DNA of 64,000 nucleotides from Desulfonatronospira sp. (lineage in GTDB: Bacteria; Desulfobacterota; Desulfovibrionia; Desulfovibrionales; Desulfonatronovibrionaceae). The notes below the pieces were generated by a model. That model was not told the origin of the DNA. It searched no databases and saw only the letters and a program-made list of their open reading frames with translations. This document shows positions 9,472-18,872 of this stretch, in pieces (position 1 is the stretch's first letter; each line of letters starts with the position of its first letter). The stretch covers positions 16,539-80,538 of the forward strand of contig SLDX01000001.1 in NCBI GenBank assembly GCA_007125075.1, read 5' to 3'. The position numbers and the translations under genes are program-made.

Positions 9472-10461
9472 TCAGCCTCCCCTTTTGTTCCGGCTTTTGC
9501 CCTGCTTTTCTTTTGCGCGGGGATGAGCCTGATCGTAGATGCGCATGACCTCATCCAGATTCATGTGTGTATAGCGCTGAGTGGTGGATATGCGGCTGTG
9601 CCCCAGAAGCTCCTGAACCGTGCGCAGGTCTGCTCCCCCCTGCAGCAGATGGGTGGCGAAGCTGTGGCGCAGGGTATGCGGACTTACGCCCTGCACCTGT
9701 GCTCCAAAAAGAGCAAGGCGCCTGATGATCCTGAAGGCCTCTCTTCTGTTCAGCCTTCTGCCCCTGAGCCCCAGGAAAAGGGCCTTTTCCCTTAGAGAGG
9801 GACCAAAGGCGCTGCGCTGGGGTATATAATTTCTTAGTCTTTCACAGCCGGGTCTGGTCAAAAAAGCCAGGCGCTCCTTGCCCCCCTTGCCCTTGACCCG
9901 GACCAGGCCCTGTCCCAGATCCACATCTTCCAGGTCAAGTCCTGCAGCTTCACTTACCCGCAGGCCTGAACCGTAAAGGACTTCAGCCAGAGCCAGGTCG
10001 CGAAGATTTCTGGGACTTGGATCAATACTGGATTCCACCAGGCTAAGAGCCTGATCCACATTGAGCACCCTGGGCTGGGGGTGGTTTTTTCGGGGATTTT
10101 TGAGCCCTGCACAAGGATCATGGTCGATTTTTTTATTTTTTACCAGAAACCGGAAAAAACCGCGCAGAGAAGAAAGCTTCCGGGTAATAGAAGATTTTGC
10201 AAGTCCCTGCCTGTGCAGCTGAACCAGAAAACCCTGCACGTCAGTTCTGGCTATGGCCCCGGGTTGAGCACAGGATTTGCTTCTGGCCTGCAGAAAGGCT
10301 TCCCATTGTGCCAGATCCCGGCCATAGGCCCTTAGCGTGGCCGGGGAAAAACCTTTCTGCACATCCATATGGGCCAGAAAATACATGACATCTTCAGGCA
10401 GAACATCTGCTGTCCAGGACATATGTCTCTCAGCTCCGTCTTCGGTGTTTTGAACGTTCAT
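9472..10461 (-). CDS. xerC: Tyrosine recombinase XerC-type (true start may be a few codons downstream)
   Basis: LYGSGLRVSE, GKGGKER and HTLRHSFATHLLQGGADLRTVQELLGHSRISTTQRYT. Confidence 0.85.
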   Translation of the reverse strand: MNVQNTEDGAERHMSWTADVLPEDVMYFLAHMDVQKGFSPATLRAYGRDLAQWEAFLQARSKSCAQPGAIARTDVQGFLVQLHRQGLAKSSITRKLSSLRGFFRFLVKNKKIDHDPCAGLKNPRKNHPQPRVLNVDQALSLVESSIDPSPRNLRDLALAEVLYGSGLRVSEAAGLDLEDVDLGQGLVRVKGKGGKERLAFLTRPGCERLRNYIPQRSAFGPSLREKALFLGLRGRRLNRREAFRIIRRLALFGAQVQGVSPHTLRHSFATHLLQGGADLRTVQELLGHSRISTTQRYTHMNLDEVMRIYDQAHPRAKEKQGKSRNKRGG

Positions 10462-10577
10462 GCCAGGCCTGACGCCCGGGCTGCAGCGCGATCAGATTTT
10501 TTGCACCTGCGGCAATGAAAAGCTTATCTGCAGGAGAAAAAGCGGACCAGGCGACAAAAAACACTTGCGTAAGTTAT

Positions 10578-11726
10578 TCAGTTTATTGAAAAATACATTC
10601 CAGGCTCCCTTTTGATCACGCCCTGAATCTCCAGATGAACCAGAATCCGGCTCACCCCGGCCGAATTCATGTCCAGAAGATCGGTCAGCTCATCAATATG
10701 CAGCCTGCCCTGCTCGGACAAAACATTTACCACCTTGAATTCTTCGCTGTTCAGTCCATCACAAAGAGGGCCTTTTTTCCCGCAATTGGCCTTTTTTTCC
10801 AGCTTATCCTGCTTAAGAAGCGCTCCCAGGCTCGGGGCCAAAGCTTCCAGAACATCATCTGCCGACTGGACGAGCAATGCTCCCTGTCTGATCAGATGGT
10901 TGCATCCGGTAAAACTTTCAAGGTTGGCCGCTCCCGGAACGGCAAAAACCTCTCTACCCTGTTCCAGAGCATATCCGGCCGTGAGCATGCTTCCGCTTTT
11001 CAAGGCCGCCTGCACCACGAGCACTCCAAGAGACAGCCCGCTGATGATCCTGTTGCGGAAAGGAAAGTTATGTGCCTCCGGCCTGGTCCCTCTCTGGAAT
11101 TCGGAAAGAAAAAGACCACTTTTTTTTATCGGTTCCCATAGGTCCCGGTTGAGAGCAGGATAGATCAAATCGATGCCTGTACCCAGGACCGCTATGGTCC
11201 CTCCGGAACCGCTGAGCCCGGCCATATGTGCCTGTCTGTCTATTCCTTCGGCAAATCCGGAGACAATGGTCAACCCGCTTCTGGAAAGATCCCGGCATAT
11301 TCCTGCGGCCATCTCCAGACCATACACGGAGCTGTTTCTGGCGCCGACCACAGCAAGACATGGGTTGCTCAGCAGAGATATATCGCCCAGATAGTAAAGC
11401 AGGATAGGGGGTCCGGGAATGTGACGCAGGAGATCCGGGTATTCAGGATCCGTCCAGATGAGCACCTGATCCCGGCCGGACTGGATGCGTTCATACTCAT
11501 CAATGGCTTCCTTTTCCCAATCTCTGGAAAGAAAATTTCCGGCCTGGCTCTTGCTGGCCAGGCCCATCTCCGCCCAATACCCGCTTCTGGCCACGGCCTG
11601 AGCCGGTGAACGGAAAACTTCCAGAATCTTCTGCCAAGTCCGGCACCCCAAATTCCTGGCTTTCGAAAGTGCCAGGCAGGCCCATATTTCCTGAGATCTG
11701 GAATACTTGGACATTGAAGGCTGCAT
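10578..11726 (-). CDS. dprA: DNA-processing protein DprA/Smf
   Basis: AVVGAR, IVSGFAEGID, AVLGTGID, NFPFRNRIISG, SGSMLTA and GREVFAVPG; C-terminal winged helix. Confidence 0.93.
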   Translation of the reverse strand: MQPSMSKYSRSQEIWACLALSKARNLGCRTWQKILEVFRSPAQAVARSGYWAEMGLASKSQAGNFLSRDWEKEAIDEYERIQSGRDQVLIWTDPEYPDLLRHIPGPPILLYYLGDISLLSNPCLAVVGARNSSVYGLEMAAGICRDLSRSGLTIVSGFAEGIDRQAHMAGLSGSGGTIAVLGTGIDLIYPALNRDLWEPIKKSGLFLSEFQRGTRPEAHNFPFRNRIISGLSLGVLVVQAALKSGSMLTAGYALEQGREVFAVPGAANLESFTGCNHLIRQGALLVQSADDVLEALAPSLGALLKQDKLEKKANCGKKGPLCDGLNSEEFKVVNVLSEQGRLHIDELTDLLDMNSAGVSRILVHLEIQGVIKREPGMYFSIN

Positions 11727-12101
11727 AGGTAAAAAACCCTTACCTGCATGAAGTTCAAAAACTCCGGAGGCTTTCAGACAGGCAGGCGCGGTGAAGATCG
11801 GCCGGCTGCCTTTTCTTCAGGACCTGAGCATAAGTCAGCTATAAGCCTCTTTCATGCACAAAGATAATAAATATGCGTAAATCCTTCCCTGTTCTTATGC
11901 AGCAGGACGGTGCGGATTTATGCCCAAGAAAAATTTTTATTTGGATTTCAACTCAAATTACTCAAGCCGGAGCAGGTTACAGGCTACTTGATCCGTAAAG
12001 GCTTTTCAAGAAATTTTAACCGGGGATAAGGGAATATAATCTTGCCAGCTGCTGATTTTTGGGGCAGTATTTTTTGATTACCGCCAAACCGGAGAAAGGA
12101 C

Positions 12102-13058
12102 ATGCACTTTTCCTTCAGCCTTTATGACAGCCTGCTCATCTCTCTTGGGGTCCTGCTTCTGGTCTGCGCTTTGGGAGTTCCCGCCTTGAGCTTTCTTAAC
12201 GCTGCAGCCGGAACACTGAGAAAAAAGCTTTTCATGGTCAAGCTGGCCGGACAGCTTTCCAGGCTGGGCCTTATGTTCATCCTTGCCCTTACACTTATTT
12301 CCGCAGGAATCCTGGCTGCAGCCGTTTTTCTGGAGCCCGGGCCAGGCTTATTGGCTGAACACCAGGAATTCTGGAAGACTGCTGTGTATATCAGCGGCAC
12401 CGCCTTGTTGCTTTACGGACTTTACTTTCTGACCTGGAACAAGCTTGCCCGCTGGCCGGTCCTGCATCTGATTCCCGCAGCCGCAGCCGTTGCCGCCTGC
12501 AAAATATTCCTGGGCCTTCTGTTCTGGTCCGTATGGAGAGAACTGGATCCAATGTCTCCTGTTCATCCGGCTCCTGATTCCATTTTCTGGCCCATTCTGG
12601 CCCAGCTGTTTCTGCTCGGCATGGCTGCCGGTGCAGTTCTGGGCATGTTCTATCTGCTGTACAGAAGAAACCTGGACGATTTCGGAAGAGACTACTACCG
12701 TTATACCCTTGGCCTGCTGGCCAAATGGGGTATCTTCTTTGCAGTTCTTTCTCCTTTGACCTGTGTGTGGGTTTATTTCGTCAGCAGGGAAACATTTGAT
12801 CCCGCCTATCTCATTCTGCCGGGAGCAGGCTTTGCCCTTTTTCTGCTCTTTTTGATCCTCACCCTGTTGCGCATAGCCCGCAGTCAGCAGCCCATGCGGC
12901 ACAAGCCGGCTGTTTTTTTATGCCTAGTGCTTATCTGGCTGGTTTTCGCCCTGCGCCTGGTTTCCTACCTGGAAATGGCTGACATGGTCACTGAAGAAGA
13001 AGTTGTGCGCACCTTCATGCGCGACTGGGCCGATTATCTGGGACTGACAAATATTTGA
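12102..13058 (+). CDS. Polytopic membrane protein of unknown function
   Basis: 318-aa ORF with good RBS (AAAGGAC), about 8 hydrophobic segments and a polar loop RRNLDDFGRDYY. Confidence 0.75.
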   Translation: MHFSFSLYDSLLISLGVLLLVCALGVPALSFLNAAAGTLRKKLFMVKLAGQLSRLGLMFILALTLISAGILAAAVFLEPGPGLLAEHQEFWKTAVYISGTALLLYGLYFLTWNKLARWPVLHLIPAAAAVAACKIFLGLLFWSVWRELDPMSPVHPAPDSIFWPILAQLFLLGMAAGAVLGMFYLLYRRNLDDFGRDYYRYTLGLLAKWGIFFAVLSPLTCVWVYFVSRETFDPAYLILPGAGFALFLLFLILTLLRIARSQQPMRHKPAVFLCLVLIWLVFALRLVSYLEMADMVTEEEVVRTFMRDWADYLGLTNI

Positions 13059-13115
13059 TGCTCGGACGGAAATAAGCCGGTCCAAGGTTCGATCCTGATA
13101 ATTGACGCTTGCATC

Positions 13116-13844
13116 TCAGTCCTGGAGAGGGTATTTGCCGCAGGTAAATTTTTCGCCCTCCGGGCAATACTGAAGGCGCTCACACTTTGGTCCAGCCGGG
13201 TCAAAGACCACTGGAAGCTCGAAGCGGACCAGCTCCAGCATCTTCCAGGCCAGTTTCCGGATTTCCCACTGAGCTCTTTCACAGCACCTCAGCTCAAAAA
13301 AGTTTAAAAGACTGCGGCAGTTCATGGTGACTACAATCTTGGACTCGGCCGCGTTTGGCAAAATAAAGCGGGCATCCTCATTGGCCTCTTCCCGGGTCCG
13401 GCCGTACTGCTTCAGAGTCTGCTGCAGCTCCAGATAGGCCTGCTGGATATTGTCCATGAACCCGAGAAACAAATCTCTGGCTTCGGGAATCCTGTCAATG
13501 GCCGGGGGGAGAATGTATTCAAACCCTGATTCATCCACATAGCGCTGACTTTGCTGGGAATAACTGGCTATTCTGTGTCTGACCAGCTGATGGGTCAAAG
13601 CCCGGGAAACACCCTGTACGGCAAAGGTGAAACTCACGTGCTCTATGGGGCTGGTATGGCCTGAAGCAAGGACATTCTGGATGAGCGCCGCCTGCCTGTC
13701 CAATGAAATTTCCCCGCGCAACAGCCTGGGCCACATGTCTCCCACGTATCCAGGGCTGTAGCATTGCCTGAATGAAGCGTAGATCAAAGTCAAGGGGCTG
13801 GGTGTCGAGCTTAAGAGCTTTACTTCCAGATGGGCTTGAGACAT
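13116..13844 (-). CDS. thyX: Flavin-dependent thymidylate synthase
   Basis: GHTSPIEH, HQLVRHRIASYSQQSQRY, EDARFILPNA and AQWEIR motifs. Confidence 0.95.
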   Translation of the reverse strand: MSQAHLEVKLLSSTPSPLTLIYASFRQCYSPGYVGDMWPRLLRGEISLDRQAALIQNVLASGHTSPIEHVSFTFAVQGVSRALTHQLVRHRIASYSQQSQRYVDESGFEYILPPAIDRIPEARDLFLGFMDNIQQAYLELQQTLKQYGRTREEANEDARFILPNAAESKIVVTMNCRSLLNFFELRCCERAQWEIRKLAWKMLELVRFELPVVFDPAGPKCERLQYCPEGEKFTCGKYPLQD

Positions 13845-13859
13845 TTGCTTCTCCTTGTA

Positions 13860-14858
13860 TCAGATTTCCGGATGGTCCAGAGGCAGCCTGGCCGGGCCGG
13901 GACAGGCAATTCTTAAATGCTGGTAGGCCCTTGGCGTAGCTACCCTGCCTCTTGGAGTCCGCTTTAAGAATCCGCACTGAATAAGATAAGGTTCATAGAT
14001 GTCCTCCAGGGTGCGTACCTCTTCAGAGCAGGCCACCGCCACTGTCTTGATCCCTACAGGACCACCGGCGAACTGACGGATAATGCACTCCAGGATTTTT
14101 CTGTCCATCTGATCCAGGCCCAGCGGATCGACGTCCATGCGTTCAAGAGCGGCGGAAGCCATCCGGGCATCGATCTCATTTCTGCGGTCCATCACCGCAA
14201 AATCATGCACCCTGCGCAGCAGCCGGTTGGCGATCCGGGGGGTACCCCGGGAGCGTTTGCCGATTTCCAGCGCGCCTCGCCTGGATATGGCCATCCCTAG
14301 AATTCTGGCCGAACGGGAGACTATTGTCGCCAGTTCATCCGGGGAATAAAAATCCAGACGGCAGATGACTCCAAATCTGTCCCGCAGGGGGGAGGTCAAA
14401 AGACCGATTCTGGTCGTGGCCCCGACCAGGGTAAAGGGTTCCAGATCAATCTGGACGCTCCTGGCACCCGGTCCCTGACCCAGAATCAGATCCAGCTTGA
14501 AATCTTCAAGAGCAGGATAGAGGATCTCTTCAACTGATGCGGGCATGCGGTGAATCTCGTCGATAAAAAGAACATCCAGACGGTTCAGATTGGTCAGAAT
14601 CGCGGCCAGGTCGGCGCTTCTCTCCAACACCGGCCCGGAAGTGCAGACAATGCTCACTCCCAGCTCCGCGGCCAGGATGCGGGCCATGGTGGTTTTGCCC
14701 AGTCCGGGATTTCCGTAGAGAAGAGTATGATCCAGATGTTGACCGCGTTCCAGGGCTGCTCCCAGATAAACCTTGAGATTGGACCGCACATCGTTCTGAC
14801 CGATGAACTGATCCAGGCTTTGAGGCCTGACGTGCTCGTCTGGAGAATTGTTTGCCAT
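13860..14858 (-). CDS. ruvB: Holliday junction branch-migration helicase RuvB
   Basis: [40 protein letters not shown] and RTPRGR. Start set at ATG 14858; the ORF track extends it to TTG 14897. Confidence 0.95.
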   Translation of the reverse strand: MANNSPDEHVRPQSLDQFIGQNDVRSNLKVYLGAALERGQHLDHTLLYGNPGLGKTTMARILAAELGVSIVCTSGPVLERSADLAAILTNLNRLDVLFIDEIHRMPASVEEILYPALEDFKLDLILGQGPGARSVQIDLEPFTLVGATTRIGLLTSPLRDRFGVICRLDFYSPDELATIVSRSARILGMAISRRGALEIGKRSRGTPRIANRLLRRVHDFAVMDRRNEIDARMASAALERMDVDPLGLDQMDRKILECIIRQFAGGPVGIKTVAVACSEEVRTLEDIYEPYLIQCGFLKRTPRGRVATPRAYQHLRIACPGPARLPLDHPEI

Positions 14859-15189
14859 GTTGAATACCTGGATACCATCAGTTGCACAAACGGTCAATCA
14901 GGCCAACCCCGGCGCGCCTGTCTGCAGGTACAATTTTCCGGGGCCGGACAGGCAGATGATTGAGGCTTTTTTATTGTTGCCGCAAATAAAACAGTAGTTA
15001 ATTTTAAAGTAACTCCTTTCCAGATTTTTTTCCGGTTTAAAAAAACTGAGAAGCGGTGTTCAATACTGATCCGGAAGAATGTTTGCATAAAATACACTTT
15101 GATCAATCTCCTGCAGCTATTTCCTGCAGCAGCCCGGGGCTCGCAAAGCAGGGACTGCTCAGGAATTATTTAAGGCTTTGATTGCCGCC

Positions 15190-16590
15190 ATGGATGTTTC
15201 ACTGTTTTTGTATAATCTGATCAAAGCAATGGCCATGCGCCGCACGCGCCTGCGCAGCATCAGAAGGGTTCCCCGTTCCGAAATCCTTGCCCTGCAGCGC
15301 AGGCGCCTGGCTCACCTTCTGGAGTACGCCGCAAAGACGTCTTCTTTTTACCGCCGCCGCTGGAATGCAAGGGTACCACAGCCCGAAGATCTGTCCCGGC
15401 TTGAGCCTCTGGATAAGACAACGCTTATTGAACACTATGATGAAGTCCTGAGCGTTAAAGACCTGAGCCTGGATGACACCAGAAAATGGCTGAACGGAAA
15501 ACAGGATGCTCAACCTAAAAAATATATCTTCGCGGCTACTTCCGGAACTACCGGGCAACCCCTGGTCATTCCTTACCGGCTCAATGAATGGCGCGAAGGT
15601 ATGGCCTATATTATCAGAAGTGCAGAACTGGCCATTGAAGGCACCTGGGGCAGGGGCAGCGACCCGCTGTCCCTTCTTTACCTGATGCGCAAGCGCCCCA
15701 GAATTGCCGGGGTGAGCACTTTAAACCCTATTCATGTCAGCGCCCGGCTGACCAGAAGCTTTCGCGCAGGTATTGTGCCCAGCCTGCTTCTTTCCGCAGG
15801 AACGCCTCTGGAGCAGCAGCTGGAAGAGCTGAACCGCTTCAAGCCCACTGTGCTGGGAGGCTATCCGTCGGCAATAGCTCCTCTGGTAAAGGCAGCAGAA
15901 AAAAATAAACTGCACATAAGTCCAGAGCTGATAGTCACCGGAGGAGAAACCGTATCTCAGGCCCTGCGCCGGCTGGTGCGGAAAGTCTGGGGTCTTGAGC
16001 TTTTCGATTATTACGGCCTGGCCGAAACTCTGGTCATTGCGGGAGAGTGCCGCAGGCATCAGGGCCTGCACATCTATGAGGATGCCGTAGTTCTTGAAGT
16101 GGTCGATGAACAGGGCAAGCCTCTTCCGCCGGGCAAAACTGGACACAGTGTCCTGCTGACCTGCCTGTTCAACAAAACACTGCCCGTGATCCGCTATGAT
16201 GTCGGGGACATACTCTCTGTAAACGAGGAACCCTGTGCCTGCGGAACGCCCTTAAAACGCATAGTCTCCCTGGAGGGGAGAAAAGATGAACTGCTTGTTC
16301 TGCGCAGAAAAAACGGACAGCCGGTTGAGGTGCATCCGATTGTATTTGAGTCCGCTTTGCTGGGAATGGCTGAAATACGGCAGTTTCAGATTGACGTCCT
16401 TGCCGGGGAAAAGGTGCGCATCACCATCGTCCCTCATGGACACGCCGGAGATACCGTGCCCAAAGCTTTGTCAGCCCTGTCTGAAGCTCTATCACCTCTG
16501 GGGATCGGCGAGGATGTGCTCCAGATCAGGACCGCAACAGGCATCAAGAGCAGAAGAGGTCCCACTGACAAGCTGCTCCTTCGAACCTGA
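15190..16590 (+). CDS. Phenylacetate-CoA ligase family (PaaK/CapK-like) adenylate-forming enzyme
   Basis: ATSGTTGQP P-loop, YYGLAET, PVIRYDVGD and LEGRKDE motifs. Start at ATG 15190 or TTG 15178. Confidence 0.8.
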   Translation: MDVSLFLYNLIKAMAMRRTRLRSIRRVPRSEILALQRRRLAHLLEYAAKTSSFYRRRWNARVPQPEDLSRLEPLDKTTLIEHYDEVLSVKDLSLDDTRKWLNGKQDAQPKKYIFAATSGTTGQPLVIPYRLNEWREGMAYIIRSAELAIEGTWGRGSDPLSLLYLMRKRPRIAGVSTLNPIHVSARLTRSFRAGIVPSLLLSAGTPLEQQLEELNRFKPTVLGGYPSAIAPLVKAAEKNKLHISPELIVTGGETVSQALRRLVRKVWGLELFDYYGLAETLVIAGECRRHQGLHIYEDAVVLEVVDEQGKPLPPGKTGHSVLLTCLFNKTLPVIRYDVGDILSVNEEPCACGTPLKRIVSLEGRKDELLVLRRKNGQPVEVHPIVFESALLGMAEIRQFQIDVLAGEKVRITIVPHGHAGDTVPKALSALSEALSPLGIGEDVLQIRTATGIKSRRGPTDKLLLRT

Positions 16591-17126
16591 GATAGTTTTC
16601 TGCCTGTTCATAAGTGCATAAGATCAGAAGCTTTCTGCAGCCATTATCAAGTTACTGCTTGAATTTATTTGCAGCGGTTCTGAACAATTATGTCTTTGAA
16701 TAAACTGGAAAGGTTTACTTTGAACTTTTTCTTTCCAGCATGCATCTCTCAGGCTGCCGGGGCAACCCTGAATGCCAGCTCCAGAAACTGTTTCGTTTTT
16801 TTTCTTAAAACCTGCCAAACTCTGCCTGCATTCCTTTTTGCAGACAACTGAGCAGAAGACGTGCGGAATATCGCTCATTGACCTGGACCTGGCGGCGCTG
16901 CAAAGGATTGAAATCCTGTTTCGAGTTTTGCAAAAAAATGTTGCTCTGAGTGCTGATGAGCTGTAGTTTAAAAAGAACTGCATGAAGTGTTTGATTCAAG
17001 TGTACAGATAAATGTTGCTCACTTCTGATTTTCTGTATTCATTGCTGAGAATATATTTCAGAAATCAACAATGACCAGAAAATAGATATCCAGGCATGAA
17101 ATTAATATACAGCATAAGGTTAAGAT

Positions 17127-18689
17127 ATGAGATTATTGCACTTGTTCCGTGATTCCATCACAGTAAAAGTCATCTCATTGATTTCACTATTGGCGGTTAT
17201 CGTTTTTATAGTTTTGATTATTGTGAATTCTTACTGGCAAAGAGAGGATACAATAAATCAGATACAGTACATGGGACTTAGAACAACGGATCTTATAGAG
17301 CTCAACATTGAAGAACCAATGCTGATGGGAGACAACCTGGGAACCCACGAACAATTCGCAAGAATTGATAAGCTGTACGATGATCTTACGGTTTATCTGA
17401 CTGATTTTCGGGGTAATATCACCTATTCCACACGCAGGGATATGCTGCGCCAGGATGTAGATACAGTATACCCGGGCCGGACAGTGTCCAGGGCGGTCCA
17501 CGACAGTCTGAGCAGAGAGCTGGAAAGATCCGTCCTGGTGGAACTGGATGAAGGCTCCTTTTTCATGACCGTGCGTTCAGTGCCCAATGAATTCGATTGT
17601 TATCACTGCCACGGCAGTTCCCAGCCCATCCTGGGCAGCATGCTGGTCATGCAGAACATCGATGACGACCTGGCCCTGCTTCAAAGACATCAGATTCAAA
17701 ATGTGCTTCTGGGCCTTGGCTGTCTTCTGCTTTTGATCTTCACCCTGGTGTATTTTCTGAAAAAAACGGTCATCAACCGGATAACCAGCCTGCATGAAGT
17801 GGAAATGGAGGTCAGCCGGGGCAACCTGGACGCGCAGTTCAAGGACCTGGGTTCTGATGAACTGGGAAGGCTGGCCCATGGCTTTGCGCTGATGGTCAAC
17901 ATCCTGAAGCAGAAAATAAAAGAAGCTCAGGACAAGTCGGCCCTGGCTGAAAAACAGACCAGGGAAACCAGCCTGGCCATGCGGGAACTTATGGAAACTC
18001 AAAAAAAGCTGGTCCAGTCTGAAAGGCTGGCTGCCATTGGCGAAGCTGCGGCTCATCTGTCCCATGAAATTAAAAACCCGCTTATGCTCATGGCCGGATT
18101 TGCAAGGCAGGTAAAGCGCGGGGTGCCCCAAAACAGTGCAGAGCAAAAAAAACTGGATATCATTGTTGAGGAAGCCAGGCGTCTGGAAAAAATGCTCTAT
18201 CAGGTAAGGGACTTCACCAGACCGCGAAAACTTGAAAAGGAAAAGTGCCTGCTCAATCAGTTGATCTGCGATACACTAAAAATATTTGAAGATGAATTGC
18301 GGGAAATGAGGATCAGATGTCAGCTGGACCTGGAACCTGAACTGCCCATGATATACGTGGATAAAGACCAGATCAAACAGGTCCTGCTCAATCTGATCAA
18401 AAACTCCCTGGAAGCCATGTCCTCTGAAGACACCCTGACTATAGGCTCTCGTCTGGAGGAAGGTTTCCTACGTTTGTGGGTGGAGGACACAGGGTCCGGC
18501 ATTCCTCAGGAAAACATTAAAAACATTTTCAATCCCTTCTTCACCACAAAGGAGAGGGGCTCCGGCCTGGGTCTGGCCGTCAGTTACCGCATCATTCAGG
18601 ACCATGGTGGAGACATGCATCTGGAGAGCAAGTCCGGCTTGGGAACAAGATTCATACTTTATCTGCCGGTTAATGAATCGGAAAAATAA
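17127..18689 (+). CDS. Membrane sensor histidine kinase with periplasmic c-type heme motif, HAMP, HisKA and HATPase
   Basis: Two TM helices flanking a domain with CYHCH (17598-17612); H-box LSHEIKNPL; N/G1/F/G2 boxes (NLIKNS, DTGSGI, FNPFFTTK, GSGLGL). Confidence 0.9.
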   Translation: MRLLHLFRDSITVKVISLISLLAVIVFIVLIIVNSYWQREDTINQIQYMGLRTTDLIELNIEEPMLMGDNLGTHEQFARIDKLYDDLTVYLTDFRGNITYSTRRDMLRQDVDTVYPGRTVSRAVHDSLSRELERSVLVELDEGSFFMTVRSVPNEFDCYHCHGSSQPILGSMLVMQNIDDDLALLQRHQIQNVLLGLGCLLLLIFTLVYFLKKTVINRITSLHEVEMEVSRGNLDAQFKDLGSDELGRLAHGFALMVNILKQKIKEAQDKSALAEKQTRETSLAMRELMETQKKLVQSERLAAIGEAAAHLSHEIKNPLMLMAGFARQVKRGVPQNSAEQKKLDIIVEEARRLEKMLYQVRDFTRPRKLEKEKCLLNQLICDTLKIFEDELREMRIRCQLDLEPELPMIYVDKDQIKQVLLNLIKNSLEAMSSEDTLTIGSRLEEGFLRLWVEDTGSGIPQENIKNIFNPFFTTKERGSGLGLAVSYRIIQDHGGDMHLESKSGLGTRFILYLPVNESEK

Positions 18690-18872
18690 TACAGAACATC
18701 ATGATCAGGTTGCACCTGCTGAAAGTCTTTTTGTCAGGCTTTACGAGTCACAGGGGCAAGGATTCAGGGTTCAGCAATTCAAATGTTGTCAGTGCGAACC
18801 AGATTCAAAATTTAAACTTTCGGCATTTGCAGGTACATTTGATCAATTATCAGCTCCCGGTATTCAGATTGT

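Noticed and set aside
9472-10461. Phage/island integrase
   Set aside because: Motifs and the dprA neighbourhood fit chromosomal XerC; no att sites or mobile genes nearby
11720-11750. Hairpin over the dprA start (GGTAA/TTACC)
   Set aside because: Short, weak stem with no further support
15072-15087. Sigma54 promoter for the PaaK-like gene
   Set aside because: Spacing is right, but the -24 element (CGGAAG) is poor and only a weak UAS-like word lies upstream; not listed as a feature
16624-16999. Three overlapping short ORFs (one Cys-rich, 119 aa) between the ligase and the heme kinase
   Set aside because: No RBS or recognisable motif; the FCSVVC stretch lacks the rest of a TRASH/YHS pattern; cannot choose a frame
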